A DNA stretch of 64,000 nucleotides from Anolis carolinensis (Eukaryota). Positions 1 through 13,900 of the stretch are shown here, one piece after another. The first letter of the stretch is position 1, and every line of letters begins with the position of its first letter. Location of the stretch: NCBI RefSeq assembly GCF_035594765.1, contig NC_085842.1, forward strand, positions 297,895,749 through 297,959,748. Direction: 5' to 3'. A program made the position numbers and the translations under genes. The notes under the pieces were generated by a model. It was not told the origin of the DNA. It ran no database searches and was given only the letters and a program-made list of their open reading frames with translations.

Positions 1-298
1 TCCTGAATAAAAAAAACCCTTTGCTACTAGACAAAGGAGTAGAAAACTTTTCAAATATAAAGTAGAAGTATACAAAAAGAAGCATTATTTTCCACCTTAC
101 AGTTTTGTTTCATTTTGAAAAATAGGTTTTTATTTTATTTTACAGTTTTATATTATTATTGTTTATATTTTGAATTAGGTATATATGAGGCACCAAAATC
201 TTTTAAGTGCTCAAGGCTTGTAAAGTTTGCCATCCACCTCTACCTGTTCTTCAAAATCATGGGTCCCATATATATTGCATTATACAATCAGTGTAGAC

Positions 299-432
299 CA
301 GGCATGGACAAACTTAAGCCCTTCAGGTGCTTTGGACTTCAACTCCCACAATTCCTAACATTCGCTAGGCTGTTTGGAATTGTGGGAGTCGAAGTCCAAA
401 ACACTTGGAGGACCAATGTTTGCCCATGCCTG
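299..432. mobile_element. hAT-type MITE
   Basis: TIRs CAGGCATGGACAAAC / GTTTGCCCATGCCTG; near-perfect 8-bp TSD GTGTAGAC/GTGCAGAC. Confidence 0.8.
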
Positions 433-778
433 GTGCAGACTCATATAATGCAGTTTAAATGAACTGGACACCATTATCTGAATCTCTACAACTGACCATA
501 CAATGCAATTCCAAACTGTATTATATGGTAGTGTAGATGGGACTATATCCAGTGCTCAAACCACCATATCACACTGGATCTCTGAGGAACGCGAAGGCAA
601 ATGCCCTCTTAAAAGAACTTGCTAAGAAACCCCGTGATAAGGGGCAGTTTGAAACAACTCAAAGGCCCACAAGAACAGCAGCAACGATGTCGGATTTAAA
701 GGCATTCTGTGTTCAGAAATGACCTGATTTTCTCCATCTCCATTGCTTTGACTTTTTTGGTAATATGATTGATTTAAT

Positions 779-1452
779 GTGTTGTCAAAGGCTTTCATAG
801 CCAGAATTACTGGGTTGCTGTGAGCTTTCCAGGCTGGATGGCCATGTTCCAGAAGCATTCTCTCCTGACATTGAAATCCACAAACATGTGGAAAATTTCA
901 AGAGAATGGAGGAAACTATGAAAACGAACAAAATTTAGATATCAGTATTAAAAAAAAAACACTCTAAAATAAGGACAGTGAATAAAGAACAACACTCAAA
1001 AACGGGAATTAAAGACATGAAACAATCAGGGCCAGCTAACACCGCGTAACAAAGGATTCCCCCCAGGCAGGAAGCAGCCAAACATTGAAGCTGCAAGGCT
1101 ATTCAGTGGTAAATAAAATCAACAAGGCTGAAAGGAAAAAAATTGAGCTGCAGGTTTTTGTTTTGTTTTGGGGTTTTTTTTTTTTTAAAAAAAGGAAATC
1201 AAAGATAAAGTCATCTTTATCCAAAATGGCACCTTCCAGATATGTTGAATTACTTGCAACATTCATACTTGCCTCAAACAGACAAAAGTTCTTTTTCACA
1301 CCTTGGACATTCCACAGATATATAAACCCCACTTGCCTAGTCTCCAACAAACCTCACAACCTCTGAGGATGCCTGCCATAGATGTGGGCGAAATGTAAGG
1401 AGAGAATGCTTCTGGAACATGACCATAAAGCCTGGTAAACACAGCAACCCTG
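779..1452. mobile_element. Penelope-like element fragment with inverted terminal segment
   Basis: About 810-872 is the reverse complement of about 1395-1452 (catgttccagaagcattctctcct / aggagagaatgcttctggaacatg); body motif caatcagggccagctaacac recurs in the Helitron; family assignment from recall. Confidence 0.65.
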
Positions 1453-2029
1453 TGACTGATTTTTTTTGGAGGGAGTAAAGGAGAGGTTAAAGAAAGAGGT
1501 TAAAGTCTTCTATAGACTTTCAAAAGACTGCAGTGTGCTGATATGAAACACACACATCTGTTCAAAAGCAATAAATGATCATTCTGGAACATCAGCACTT
1601 TAATCAGAACAAAGTTGCAACTGTATTGATAAAAAATATCAAATTTGGGAAAGTATTTCACTGCTACGTTTTTATTTTTTTCTTCAAACTTAACATTTAT
1701 AAGTATATACATTTAAAACAGCTACAATGTTAAAAGTATTTCTTTTAATTTCAGACCTGTTATTAGGCAATAAGCATCATGCCACATGACTTCAGAGGCA
1801 TGGGCACTTCTATTAGAAAATTGGTTTCATGTGATATCTGACACAATTGAGCCCTGCCTATAGGAAGCTGATCTGAATTTGCTAGTTATCCTGGTAGATA
1901 GTTGCATTTACACTATAGAATTAATGCAGTTTGATAGCACTTTAATTATCACAGCTCAGTGCTATAGAACTATGGCAGTTGTAATTCTGCGAGGTCTTTA
2001 GCCTTCTCTGCTGAAGACTTTTGGTGACA

Positions 2030-2650
2030 ACTTTTGAGCATGATTTTCTAACCAGTTATGGACCCATCTGATGATGTTTCTATCTGTTCCATATTTTAAT
2101 CAGTTACTAATCAAAGTATTATGGGGAAGCTTATCAAATGCTCTGCTGAGATGCAGATAAATGATACCTGCACCCATAGCATCTAATAAACTAGTGACTC
2201 AACCACCATATGTATGTGGTTAGTTTGGTAGTATTTGTTCTTGACAAACCCAAGCTAGTCACTACTAATCACTGACTTGCTATGCACAGACTTGCGAACA
2301 GACTTCTGTATAATCTGTTCTAATATTTTTCCTGGTATTGAGGTCAGGCTGACTGTTCTGTAGTTTCCTGGATCTTCCCTTTTTTTGATGAAAGGAACAA
2401 TGTTTGCTCGGCTCTGGCACTTCAAGATTTCTCAAAAATGATGGAAGTGGTTCTGCGAGTATGTCAGCATGTTCCTTCTATGTTCTGGGATGCAGTTCAT
2501 CTGGCTTTCTTTGGAGGTCTGAACTCATTTAGGTGTCTTCTGACTAACTCCTTATCAATCTTGATTTGCAACTCAGATTCCTTGCCAAGGGCTCTGCTGA
2601 TTTGTGAAAGTGCACCGTTATTTTCTTGGGCGGAAAAACTGAAGCAAATT
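2030..2650 (-). mobile_element. Degraded CR1 LINE ORF2 fragment
   Basis: Reverse strand resembles the CR1 RT region (DPGNYRTVSLTSIPGKILEQII...). Confidence 0.7.
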
Positions 2651-3048
2651 GATATAGTTTACAATGGCAAAATAGTTTAAAACCATATTGAGCTAAATGG
2701 CTGCAATATATTTAAAAAACATGTATCTATGTTTGGCCACCAAAATAGAAATCTTAAGTAAAATGGAGGGTGGTGAAAGAAGAGTGCAGTCCTAGATGCA
2801 TTTTGAAAGAAGCTTTCAAGTTTTCAAAATGTTTCTGTTTACTTAGGCAAAACTTGCCAGGCCTTATTGTTTTATTTCCTATGAGCATATTGTTAGTTTT
2901 GGTAAAAGGTTTGCTGAAACATGTTGAAAGCGTTTTTCTTTTTTATGGTGTAGGAACCCATCCCATATTAATTCTGCTGCTGGTGCCAGATTTTCTGTTA
3001 AAGACGTAATGGCCATGAACACATCTAATTTGTTAATTGATAATTGTA

Positions 3049-3456
3049 CAGGCAGTCCCCGAGTTACAAACATTCAACTTACAAATGACTCATGGAGGGG
3101 ACACAACAGAATGGAGGGGAGACAACAGTAAGTATGAGAAATCTATCTGTTGGAAGGGAAATTCACTCCTGAAAGAGTTATCATGAGGAAAAGCTGTCTC
3201 CACTGAAGGTTTATCGCCAAGCCTTGTTTCCACAAGCCAAATTTTTTAAAATCCAATTATCACAGGGACAGAAAGTGAGGTGAAATTTTCTGAACAGGGA
3301 CACAGACAGCAAAACAAACACCACAGGGGTGCATTTGTATATATACACACACACACACAGCTGGAGTTAAAAATGTACCTCTTCCACCTTACAAACAAAT
3401 TCAGCTTAAGACCAAACATACAGAACCTATTTTGTTTCTAACTTGGGGGCTGCCTG
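3049..3456. mobile_element. Tc1/mariner (Tigger-like) MITE
   Basis: TA|CAGGCAGTCCCCGAGTTAC ... TAACTTGGGGGCTGCCTG|TA. Confidence 0.8.
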
Positions 3457-3830
3457 TATATTTGTCTTACTTGCAAATGCCAATATATATATTTTTCTGC
3501 TAAATATTGTTATTTATTTTTTATTTTATTAATTATTATTGTAATAAAACAACATCCCAGAACCCCAGGGAGGTTGATGTTGTTTCTGCTTTTGTAGTAG
3601 TATAACTTTAAATAGTAGTCAAGTAGTTCAACACATCTGGAAGGTGCCATTTTGCATAAAGCTGACTTTATCTTTGATTTCCTTTTTTTTAAAAAAAAAC
3701 AAACAAAACAACCTGCAGCTCAATCTTTTCCTTTCAGCCTTGTTGATTTTATGGTCTTCTGTGAAACAGAATGGGACTTACTTCTGAGTAAACATGTATA
3801 TAGTTGAGTGTATCTACCTTTACTGTCTAG

Positions 3831-4365
3831 GAGCCCATCCAGACAGGCCCCAAAATGCGGGGCCTATCAGGCTTTTACCGGAGGTGTCCAAACGAATTAC
3901 TTTGGGACAAAGCAGGTAATTAAGACGTGGGTCTTCCTGAAAGGCCAGGTCTAATGGGGCATGGGAGCTGTGGGAACTGACTACCGGGTAGTCCCAGGGG
4001 TCAGTCCCCACAGCCCTCTCAGTTTTTCAGGCTCCATGAACCCGGAGAAGCAAGAGGGCACTCCTCAACCCCCTTCCCAAAGCCTTAAAAGTAAAAAAAA
4101 AAAACAAAACTTACCAGGCCGCTATTATGCTACTATGGCATGCCCTTTGGCATGAGCATAATGGCAGCCCATTATGTTTGTTTTTTGTTTTGTTTTTTAC
4201 TTATAAGGCTTTTTGGAGGAGGTTTGGGGTGACCAGGTGCCCTCCCAGTTATTACCACCCCCAGAAAAGCCTGGGATTTTCAAGGGCACGAGGACAAAAA
4301 CCCATGCCAAAGTGGATTTTTTAAATATGCTTCATCATGGGTTTTTCCCCAGTGTGGAAGCGCCC
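3831..4365. mobile_element. Probable PIF/Harbinger-like non-autonomous element
   Basis: TAG at both flanks, imperfect TIRs GAGCCCATCCAGAC / GTGTGGAAGCGCCC. Confidence 0.5.
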
Positions 4366-4602
4366 TAGGTATCTGCTTGAGTCACCCATTTCTCATTCGG
4401 AAATAAACGTTATAGCCTAGCTGAAAAGGCTTTTGATATTTGAGCTGGTGTTTGTAAAAAAAACAAAAACCCTAATTTATTACATATTAAAAAAACCCTA
4501 ATTTATTACATAGAAAACCAACATTTTTCTTTGTGAATTTAATTCTGACATACGTTATACAATTAATTTCAATATAGTTTTAACTGGCTTTTTAAAAAAC
4601 AG

Positions 4603-4724
4603 GTGGAAGTGTTGTACTTCGCAAGAAGTGCTGAGCTGGCTGGTGTCCGCACCGAAACTATTTCAGTGCCTCAACACGTAACATCGCTGCAGCTGTGGGA
4701 AGAAATTGTGAAGAAGCATCCAAG
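4603..4724 (+). CDS. MOCS2: MOCS2A (small subunit, sulfur carrier) exon 2
   Basis: ag|[40 protein letters not shown](R)|gt, closely matches human MOCS2A. Confidence 0.95.
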
Positions 4725-6811
4725 GTACTTTGACTTGGGATTGCAGCCTTAATATAATGCTTGTTGTTTACCATGAAGTTGCTTCCAATTAAAGGGAACC
4801 CAGTCACAGCAAGATTTCTAAACGAAATTTGTCATTGATTTCCTCTTATGCAGAGAGTGTGACTCAGGTCACTCAGTGCATTTTCCTGGCTGAACAGAGA
4901 TGTAAACTTTGGCTTCCCAAAGTCCTAGTCCAACTCTTCATCCCATGCTTGGCTCTTAGAGTCACTTATTAGTGTCAAGGCATACAAAGTGTTGCTTGTG
5001 CATCATCTGAGGCACCTCAAACCTTTTTGTGACCTCCAGAATCCTCTCACCATTGCCAAAGTCTCTTTCCTCTCCCCATCAATCTAGGTAGCCTTTTCCT
5101 TTTCTAGCAACACCAAAGGAACTGTATTAGTTACCAGCAGAAAAGTAGTGACCCCATGTGCTGTGGCAGTGGTTTGAGACTCTCCCTCCCCTTTTAACCC
5201 TATGTTCATAAGTTTATGTGTGTGTCTGGACATCCCCAATGTTGTAGAGTCTATCCCTTCTTATTTTAATGGAGGAATGGGAGATGTATGGTCCTCTGGC
5301 TGCCTAAATGCCACCTCACATCAACCTTGTTTTGTGACTCTCAAGTCCTGCAAGAAATCCTCCAAAGCCCTTGATAGCTGGATCTTTTTTAAACTGATCA
5401 TTTTGGGGCTGGAATGTGTTAAAATTGTCTACTTTTAGAGTTCCCAAGAGATTAGCTCAATTTCATCTCTTTTGTGAAAAATTACTCTTCTACAAAACTA
5501 AGTAACTAAGTAGCTAGGTCCCTGTATTTCCTTGGAGGCCACAAGCCTCTTAGTAGACATATAACACTTTTCCATTTCTAAACCTGTAGATGTATGTGTG
5601 GTATTGGGCAGCAGATTATGTAGTTCCAAGTAGAGTTGTCCCTCCATATCAATAGGTTCTGTGTTGATGAATTCAACCAAACATGGCTCAAAATATTTTT
5701 AAAATTCCCAAAAACCATCCTTGATTTTGCGATGCATGTCAATGTCTAAGCATACCCTGCTGTAGCATTTCAAAGATCCTCAGGCTGTCTCCGACATTCA
5801 TTTGAATTATTCACCATTTTATATAAGAGATGTCATTGTGTATAATGGGACCTGAGTATCCCTGGATTTTGATATTCATCTGGGTTGGAGATTCCTGGAG
5901 CTAAATCCCTTTGAGATAGCTTGTTCAGTGTCTCCTTGCTTCAGCTGGATGGTAAAAGATGAGTTCATAGTATGTTTGTAAAGAGGCATAATTAAATGAC
6001 ACTTTCCTTATTGTTTGTTGTTTGCTGTCAAATCAGCATTGACTTATGTGAATGAGAGATCTCCCAGAACACATGTGTTTGAAAGTCCTGTTCAGGTCTT
6101 CTAGGTGCATTGATGTGGCTTCCTTTATTGAATCAAAATATTTGTACTTCCACTTTTCTTATTGCCTCCCACTTGACTGAAATTATTGTCTTCTCTAGGG
6201 AGCCATGGCATCTCATGATATAACAAAAACAAAACAAAACACAAAACCCAATATCCTCAGTCCCTTTAGCTTCTAGTAATTTTTATTAATCTGTATCCCA
6301 ATGCTATTCCTTTAGACTTGCTGCTATACAGGACCAAGTGGTTTTTGCTGTCCGGCAAGAGTATGTGCTTCTTGGAGATCAGCTACTAGACCTTCGCTCT
6401 GGGGACGAAGTTGCCATTATTCCTCCTATTAGTGGAGGTTAGATCTTGAAAAGGCATCCTCAGGTACATGATGGTGTTTTCTGAAATATTAATTGTGTTG
6501 ACATGTATATAATCATAGTAGGTACAGGTTTTACCCCGAAGGTGCCACCTACGAAGCTAAGCAGGATCAGTCCTGGTTAGTACTTGGATAGAAAACAGAT
6601 AACAACAGTGCTGTAGGCTATGCAGGTTTAGCATCCCTTATCTGGAATCCCCAAATCCACATGAGGGACCGAGATACCTTTGCTTTCTGGTGATTCAATG
6701 TATACAGACTTTGTGTTATGCACAACATTATTAAAAATATAGTGTGCAAAATTATCTTGAAGCTATGTATATCAGATGTATATGAAACATCAATGAATAT
6801 TGTATTTAGAC

Positions 6812-6851
<40 letters not shown>

Positions 6852-9800
6852 AATAATAATAATAATAATGAATAATATTGAATAATAATAATCTTCACAT
6901 GACGTGGATTGACTACAAAAAGGCTTTTGACTCACTCCCACACAGCTGGATCATCAAGTGCCTGGATGCCATCGGGATTTGTAAAAATGTTGGTACCTTT
7001 ATTGAAAACATGATGGAGCACTGGAAAACTGAACTGTTCATTGGAAATGAAAGCTATGGACTTGTCAACATCAGAAGAGGAATTTTCCAGGGAGATTCAT
7101 TGTCCCCTCTGCTTTTCATTATTGCCATAATCTCTCTGTCAACAATCTTACAAAAAACAAATCTCGGCTATCAAACATCTATGAAATCTCATAAAATTTC
7201 ACATCTGATGTACGTTGATGACCTGAAGCTGTATGGGAAAACGGAAACTGAAATCCAGTCTCTGACCAACACTGTCCGAATTTTTAGTATTGATATCAGC
7301 ATGGAGTTTGGTTTGGACAAATGTTCGACAGTGGCATTGAAGAAGGGAAAAAACATTGAAAGTGAGGGCATAAATATGCCTAATGGCCAAACAATAAAGT
7401 GTCACCAGCCAGAGGACTATAAATATCTGGGCATATTACAGCTGGACAACATCAAGCATGAACATGTGAAGACTGTGGTCAGTAAAGATTACACACAAAG
7501 GGTCAGAAAAATTCTCAAAAGCAAGCTGAATGGAGGCAACACCATCAAGGCCATAAACACCTGGGCCATACCTGCCATAAGATATACTGCTGGCATTATA
7601 AATTGGACACAGGCGGAACTGGACAATTTGGACAGAAAAACAAGAAAACTCATGACCATTCATCATTCACTTCACCCTCGCAGTGATGTTGACCGGAAAT
7701 ATCTGCCTAGAAGATCAGGGGGCAGAGGACTCTTACAAGTAAAACAAGCAGTCAAAGAAGAAGAACATGCCCTGGCAGAATATGTAAAGCAAAGTGAAGA
7801 ACCTGCTTTGATTGAAGTCAAAAATCAGAAACTCCTCAAAGCACAGCAGACAAAAAACCAGTACAAGAAAACCGCACTACAAACTGGAACTGACAGCTGG
7901 CACAACAAAACATTGCATGGAAAGTTCCTTGACAAAATTGAAGGAAAAGCTGATAAGGAGAAGACCTGGCTATGGCTCACGAATGGGACACCGAAGAAGG
8001 AGACAGAAGGCCTGATCCTTGCAGCCCAGGAGCAAGCCATCAAGACAAATGCAATTAAGGCCAAGATAAGACCAAAAATCAGCTGATGACACAAAATGCA
8101 GACTGTGCAAGGAAACCGACGAAACCATTGATCATATCCTCAGCTGCTGTAAGAAAATCGCACAGACTGACTACAAACAGAGGCACAACTATGTGGCCCA
8201 AATGATTCATTGGAACTTATGCCTCAAATACCACCTCCCAGCAGTAAAGAACTGGTGGGATCACAAACCTGCAAAAGTATTGGAAAATGAGCACGCAAAG
8301 ATACTGTGGGACTTCCGAATCCAGACTGACAAAGTTCTGGAACACAACACACCAGACATCACAGTTGTGGAAAAGAAAAAGGTTTGGATCATTGATGTTG
8401 CCATCCCAGGTGACAGTTGCATTGACGAAAAACAACAGGAAAAACTCGGCCGCTATCCAGGACCTCAAGATTGAACTTCAAAGACTCTGGCAGAAACCAG
8501 TGCAGGTGGTCCCGGTGGTGATGGGCACATTGGGTGCCGTGCCAAAAGATCTCAGCTGGCATTTGGAAACAATAGACATTGACAAAATTACGATCTACCA
8601 ACTGCAAAAGGCCACCCTACTGGGATCTGCACGCATTATCCGAAAATACATCACACAGTCCTAAACGCTTGGGAAGTGTTCGAGTTGTGATTTTATGATA
8701 CGAAATCCAGCATGTCTATCTTGTTTGCTGTGTCATAATAAAATAATAATAATGACAATAATAATAATGAAGTCTTCTGAACGGAGGCACAGACAGTTGG
8801 GCACAATGTGGCTAGGAACAAGGGGTGAGGGAACCACTTTCTAGGGGCTGTCAACATGCTTCCTTGTCCTTCCTCCCAAGTCAAGGTGAAGGGCGAGGGA
8901 GACTGCAAACAGGTTCCTTCTTCCTTCACCACCAGCCATGACTCGGATGAAGAGCAAGAGAGACTGGCTGAAAGCTCCTCATCGTTCCTCCCTAGCCAAG
9001 GCTGGAGGCAAGGGGTGAATGAGCCTGTTGCTAGCCTCCCTTGCTCATCGCCAGGAGCCTTGGCTAGGAAAGAAAGGCAAGGAAGCACTGCCTCTCACCA
9101 GGGGCTGGCTGCTCTGTCCTTACCTCCCAGTCATTGGAATATGACATGGCATGTCTTGTCAAACAGATTTGAACATTTTCTCAAAATGTATGCCATATTC
9201 ATGGAATGAATGTTGTGTTGGTGGTATATGGTTGATTGATCATATACTGTTTAATCCCCTTTCAATCATCTTGAAAACAATCACATTAAGTGTAATAATA
9301 ATTATATTGTTTCTTGTTTCTAGAGACATCATGAATGAAAATGGGGACGAGCCCAAGGACATAATTAAACTGAAGTGTGAGAAGCTCTCAGCAGATGAAA
9401 TATCAGCACTGGTGATTTCTCCTTGTTGCGGGGCTGTGTCTTTATTTATAGGTAGAGTTGATTCATATAGCTTGAATCTCTCTGTATAAGAAAAAAACCG
9501 AATGAACATTAAAATTGTCCCATAGAAATGTAAACAGTGGCAGACAGAAAGATGTTGAGGTGAATAGATGGAGTGGTACAAGGGAGAAGCATTTATTACA
9601 GTTGCCCTTTTCTAAATCACAAAGATTAGAATCGATGCTTTAAAACTAAAGGTGGGTTGGTTCTGTGATCACGCATGTCACAATTGCAGTTATTGCCTAA
9701 AAGTCATGGGGCCAAATTAGGAGTCCCATGGTCCACATGTGGTCCAAGGACAAGTTCTGTGGTTCCCATTATCACCCCACTTCCCTTGCAAGAATTATAT

Positions 9801-10941
9801 TCTCGTGTTTTGGAGGTTTTTAAACAGATGATGAATGGCCATCTTTCAAAAGTACAGGGTGCAGAGCATTAGACTGAATGGCCCAAGTGGCCAGATCCAA
9901 TTCCTGTGGTCTCTAGAAGCCTCCAAGGCCACAGTTCTGTTAATTAGGCACCTTCTTCACCCCCTTTTGAGTAAATAATATAAATATTTTAAAGACTGAG
10001 CATTTAAGGAAGGGGTAGTGTGACCCAAAGCAAGTCTAGAGTATATAATGGAAATGTTCCTCAGACTCTTGGGGGTTTGACACTGGTCAAACATGCAAAT
10101 TGAACATGTTCTTCCATTTCAGGCACCACCAGAAACCATTTCGAAGGGAGAAAAGTGATACAGTTAGATTATGAAGCATATGCACCCATGGCAGAAGCAG
10201 AACTAAAGAAAATATGTGCAGATATTAGGTTGAAATGGCCATCGGTGAAACATATAGCAATACATCATAGACTGGGGTATGTGTGGCCAATATTCTATTT
10301 TCTTTTTGAACAGAGTGATTGCAGATTTCGACTTTAAAAAAACAAACAAACAAACGAGATAGCTGCCTTTGCTGGGATGAAGGAATGCAGAAAACTATAC
10401 TAGCAGTTTGTTAGCAGCTTGTTACATTATCCTTGTATTGTCCACTCTGACTGGCAGCAACTGTCCAGGGACTTAGGCAAAGATCTTTCCTAGGGTTTCG
10501 GAAGTCACTTTTTTGGATGACAACTCCCAGAATGTCCCGGGTGGCATTTCCAGTAGGTTGTTTTCCAAGTTCCTGGCCTCCTTCCCATCTTTGCCCACGG
10601 GAAATCCTTCTCCCGTATAATCCACTGAGGTCTTCTGGAAGGCATCTACTCCAGTAAGCTAAAACCTGACTGGCAACTGTCACCCAGAGGACCTTTTCAT
10701 CGGCCGCCCCAAGAATGACCTGCCAGAAGAATTCCGACAGCTAAATCAGCTGTCAGAATTCAAGACACACTTCTGGGAAGTCTACTCGATCCATTTAAAA
10801 CTGCATTTCTTGGTATTGGTGTCAGTCTTTCTTGTGTGTATATTGATATATGCTTTTTAGTGGTGTTGGATTATCTGTTTAAACCATGTCTTAGCCTACC
10901 TCGAGCCACAAGGAGAGGCAAGTAACAAATAATAATAGTTG

Positions 10942-10991
<50 letters not shown>

Positions 10992-13900
10992 TCATTCATT
11001 CATTCTGTGTGAGCGTGTGCCTTCAAATTACTATTGACCTCTGGTGACACCATGAATTTCATAGGGTCTTGGAGGCAGTTTTGCCAATTCCTTCCCCTGA
11101 TATATAGCCTACTGCACCTGGTATTCATTGATTGTCTCCTTCTAAGTCCTAATGGAAGGGTGACCTGCTTAGCTTCCAAAGTCAAAGAGGATCTCGTGTT
11201 TTTCAGGTATTTTACCCCTGCTACTAAACTCTTTATTAAATTGGATATTTTGGGAGTTAAATACAGCATTGTCTTCATACAAAGATAAATAAAAGGATCA
11301 AACTAAATGATCTTTTTTTTTTTTTGGAGAAGCATTCCCCCCAAGAGGCAAAAAGGCCTGTGTCTCATGTGATTTTGTTCACTTGCTTACTTTGCACTTA
11401 ATGTACTTTTGGTTTTTTTGACTGCATATTAGAAGATAAACATGGGCATATTGTAGATATGTAATTACTACTTGTCTGAGAAAGTCCCATTTGAGGCCGG
11501 GGCCGGGGATAGACTAAGTGTAGTGATTCCAGTCTCTTTGATATCTAGGTTTAACTGGAGATGAGAAATAGAATTGGCACATCATTACAATTTTTAATGT
11601 GAGATACCATTGGAGAATTAAGGAAGGAGGTAACGTTTTGAAAGGTTCTGTTGTGTAAGAGAATGGGTGGATATTGTGAGGGGCTCTGAACACTGAACTG
11701 AACACATAAGTGAGGACTAGCTTGCTGTTTGAAGGACTTGCATGAAGAAGCTGTGCAGGCTGCCAAGCTGAGATGAAGGGTTTAACCCCCAAGGAATGGA
11801 ATATGAGGGGGGCAGGGGAGGCTGCTGATTCCACAGTTTGATACAAGTTTTGCTCATTACATTCGATGCTTGGGTGGAGTAATTAAGCTGGAGTTCTCAG
11901 AAGATCTAAGCAATATCCATCTCTTGGCTTAATGTGTAGCAGCTTGCTCAGAGCTCTTAATTAAGGGTTTATATTGTCTGTTTTGATAAGGCCAATTGGC
12001 TGATCAATAAAAATGATTCGTTTCTTAACTAAGGAGTGCAATAAGCATCGAATTCAGTAAAATACAACCCTATATAAATGAAAGCAGTAGCTGGTAGCTT
12101 CAATATCAGTGGGATAGATAATTTACTCAATTTTCACTGAGTTATTCAAGGTCCTGAATCTGTTTTGAGGATAGTGTATATATAGTGCCTTGCTTTGAAG
12201 TTCAGACTAAAACCTAGAGTGTATTTAATGTTCCATGGACATAGATGTCACAAACAACTGCTACTTAGTTATTTGGAGGCCCGTTTTCTGTACTAGCTGT
12301 GTTGTCAAATTCTGAACTGGGGACACCGATTGTCCAGGTCTGATCTTATTATTGTCCAATCAAGTTGTTGATGTTCTTGTTGTTGCACGTAATCTCTGTC
12401 TCTAGTTTCTCTTAATTTGTTTTGCTGTTGAATTGTACTTTTGCAAAGAATAACAGGGAGACATGCAGCTTCAATATAATTTAACATTCGCAGAACGTGA
12501 CCTCTCTGCCTTTGTATGTCTGTGGAGTGGTTAGCTAAAAGGACATTTATTTTTGTCTCAAGATTAAGCTAATATGGATAAAAGCAGCAACCTAATGCCA
12601 CTTTCCCACTTTTCTCTGCAGTTCAGTCCCCATTAGCGAAGCAAGTGTGATGGTAGCAATCTCTTCCCCTCACAGAACAGAATCTCTTGAGGCCGTCCAG
12701 TATTGTATCAATACTTTGAAAGCAACTGTGCCTATCTGGAAAAAGGTACGTGTGTCTCGGTCTGCTTGTTTTCAAACAAAAGGACAGTCAGTGATGTTTG
12801 TACCAGGTCAGTTTTCCAGGGCAATTTGGAGAAGAGGCAAATGTTTCTTGGAGCAATGCTAGGAGTTTAATCCACAAATTCAGCAGACACATGTTCAATA
12901 GAGCTGTGTATAAATAGACACATGTGTTTGCCACATGTTTCAGTACTATCTAAAAACACCAATAAATTGACCAGAATCCTGATATAGCTTAATACAGATA
13001 CAATGCTGTTAATCAGGTGTAAATGATTTGCAATGCATAATTATTTTGAATTTTTAAAATTGTTTTTACTGATTTTATTGGTCTTGGTTTGACTTGTTGA
13101 ATTGTTTGATTCACTTCAGTCTGTTTCAATATTTTTTACTGTTATATAGTGTTTAAACTGATCACACTTACTGCATGTTGTCCTGAGATCATGTGACACA
13201 GGGCTTCTTCAACATTTTCCACTCGTGATAAATTTTCCACCTAAAAAACTGTTACATGAACCTGGGTATCTAGACATATAAAATAGTTTAAAAATCAAAC
13301 ATTTACTCGAAATAAATTAGCATTTGAAAGGATTGCTAAAAAGGAGGATTTTCCTCATGCACCAATTATTGTCACACAGCAATTATTCATCAAGCTACTT
13401 CACTGGATGTTTTTGCTTTAAAGAAATCTCATGTGTTAAAAAAAATCTACATGTAGAGTAGCTAATATGTGGCTCTTTTAAAGTCACCTTTGCCCTGGTT
13501 TGACTATCAAACTGTGCCTCTAAAATCTTTGACATTCCTTCAGCTGCTGGTAGAACTGGTGCAAAAATGATGATGGTCCTGCTGCAAAAGAAAACCACAA
13601 ACAAAGAAAAAACTTAGACCTTTGGATTTCTCTTCCTTTCCAGAAGTAAGGGAAAGGGCCACTCTGCTTTGCTGACTGAAGAAACAGATCTTCCACCACT
13701 GTGGCAGTGAGAAAAAACAGCACTAGCTTTATTAATTTGGGCAATAATTCTTGATACTTCTGCTGGGAGAGTCTTCAGTGTGGCCCCAGCCTCTGTCCAC
13801 AGTCACATTTGCAGCATTCTCAAAATCCATGCTATAATATGGGACCCTGCTGAATGAGTAGAAGGGAAAGAGGAAAGATCCCTAAAATGTCCCTACCGAT

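Noticed and set aside
4465-4512. Short tandem duplications (also about 61420-61465 and 62344-62410)
   Set aside because: Ordinary slippage-type intronic duplications
6554-6620. Possible 5S rRNA gene
   Set aside because: Partial and diverged, with similar copies joined to a common tail elsewhere; SINE-derived
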